Source of the DNA: Octopus vulgaris
Lineage: Eukaryota
Reading direction: 5' to 3'
Length of the DNA: 64,000 bases
NCBI GenBank assembly: GCA_951406725.2
Contig: OX597820.1
Location: forward strand, 30,566,001-30,630,000
Shown here: positions 62,949-64,000 of the stretch, one piece after another
Layout of the letters: each line of letters starts with the position of its first letter
Position numbering within the stretch: position 1 is the first letter of the stretch
Notes under the pieces: model-generated
Databases searched by the model: none
What the model was told of the DNA's origin: nothing
The model's input: the letters and a program-made list of their open reading frames with translations, nothing else
Made by a program: the position numbers and the translations under genes

Positions 62949-64000
62949 CATTAAGGTGGTGAGCTGGCAGAATCATTAGCATGCTGGGTGAAATGCTTTG
63001 TGGCACTTCGCCTGTCTGCAAGTTCTGAGTTCAAATTCTGCCGAGATAACATTCTTAACATTCTTAATTAAAATTTCACCAAGATCGACTTTGCCTTTCA
63101 TCCTTTTGGGGTCAATAAAATAAATGTCAGTTGAACACAGGGGGTGATGTAATTGACTCAGCCCCTCCCCCAAAATTGCTACCCTAGTTTTCCACCACAT
63201 TTCTTAAAAATTGTGGTAGAGGCCTTGATCTTGGGACCACTCATGTCTAGAAACTGAGGTTGGGGATAAGAAAGGGTATGCTCTCCTTAGAAAATCTAGC
63301 TCCAAAAAAGCTTCATGATAGCAAAGGAGAATGGGCACCAGCCAGCCCAAAGGTGGAGGTGGGCTGCACCTGCCTACCTCGGTTGTAATGGCATTGGGGT
63401 AGATCCAGCCAACCCTGTTAAAGGGGACAAAAGCCAGATTTAAAACACTGGATGATGATCATGATATAATTATTGTTGTTGTTAAGGTGGCAAGCTAGCA
63501 GAATGGTTAGCATATTGGGCAAAATGTTTAGCAGCAATTTATCTCTCTTGACATTCTTAGTTCAAATTCCACTGAGGTTAACCTTGTCTTTTATCCTTTT
63601 GGGGTCGATAAAATAAGTACCATTTGTGTACTGGAGTTGATCTAATCGACTGGCCCCCTCCCCACAAAATTTCGGGCCTTGTGCCTAGAGTAGAAAAGAA
63701 CGTTCTTAGTTCAAATTCCACCAAGGTTGACTTTGCCCTCCTCCGTTCGGGTCAATAAAATAAATACCTAAAATTGCTGGCCATGTGCCAAAATTTGAAA
63801 TCATCATCATCATCATAAAGGCAGACAAACTGCTTAATGGATTTTTTTTTTAGCACTTTACATTCTGAGTTTAAATATTGCATAAGTCAACATTGCGTTT
63901 CATCATTTTGTGGGGGGCTCGATAAAATAAGGGTTAAAGTAATCAACTAACCCCACACCTCACTTACTCAAAATTTCAGGTCTTGTGCCTATATAAGAAA
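62640..64000 (+). mobile_element. Cluster of same-orientation SINE family B copies with an interposed (GAT)n-tailed repeat (~63220-63460)
   Basis: TTAAGGTGG..AG.T.GCAGAAT heads at ~62640, ~62953 and ~63483, plus fragments to the window end. Confidence 0.75.

Overview
Repeat-saturated eukaryotic non-coding DNA, most likely an octopus/cephalopod intron or intergenic region. This is inferred from the SINE families and the extreme (TA)n/(CA)n/(CATA)n/(GAT)n load. No intact host protein-coding gene can be supported: nearly all track ORFs are microsatellite translations or decayed transposon fragments. Retroelements: several tRNA-derived SINE families, many 5'-truncated RTE-LINE 3' ends, two larger RTE LINEs, R4/Dong and Penelope-like RT remnants, and a Mag-type Gypsy element with one LTR. 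DNA transposons: a nearly full-length IR/DR Tc1 (DD34E), mariner fragments including a fold-back element, hAT and piggyBac MITEs, five non-autonomous Helitrons and a fossil Helitron PIF1 helicase split by nested insertions. The most interesting hand-found signals are four type-I hammerhead-ribozyme-like folds (one with a canonical core and a very long stem II) in short Penelope-pLTR-like repeats, several long fold-back inverted repeats, palindromic unit arrays in RTE 3' UTRs, a decayed poly-Q ORF and a possible 15-nt microexon. All calls were made by eye, without databases or folding software.
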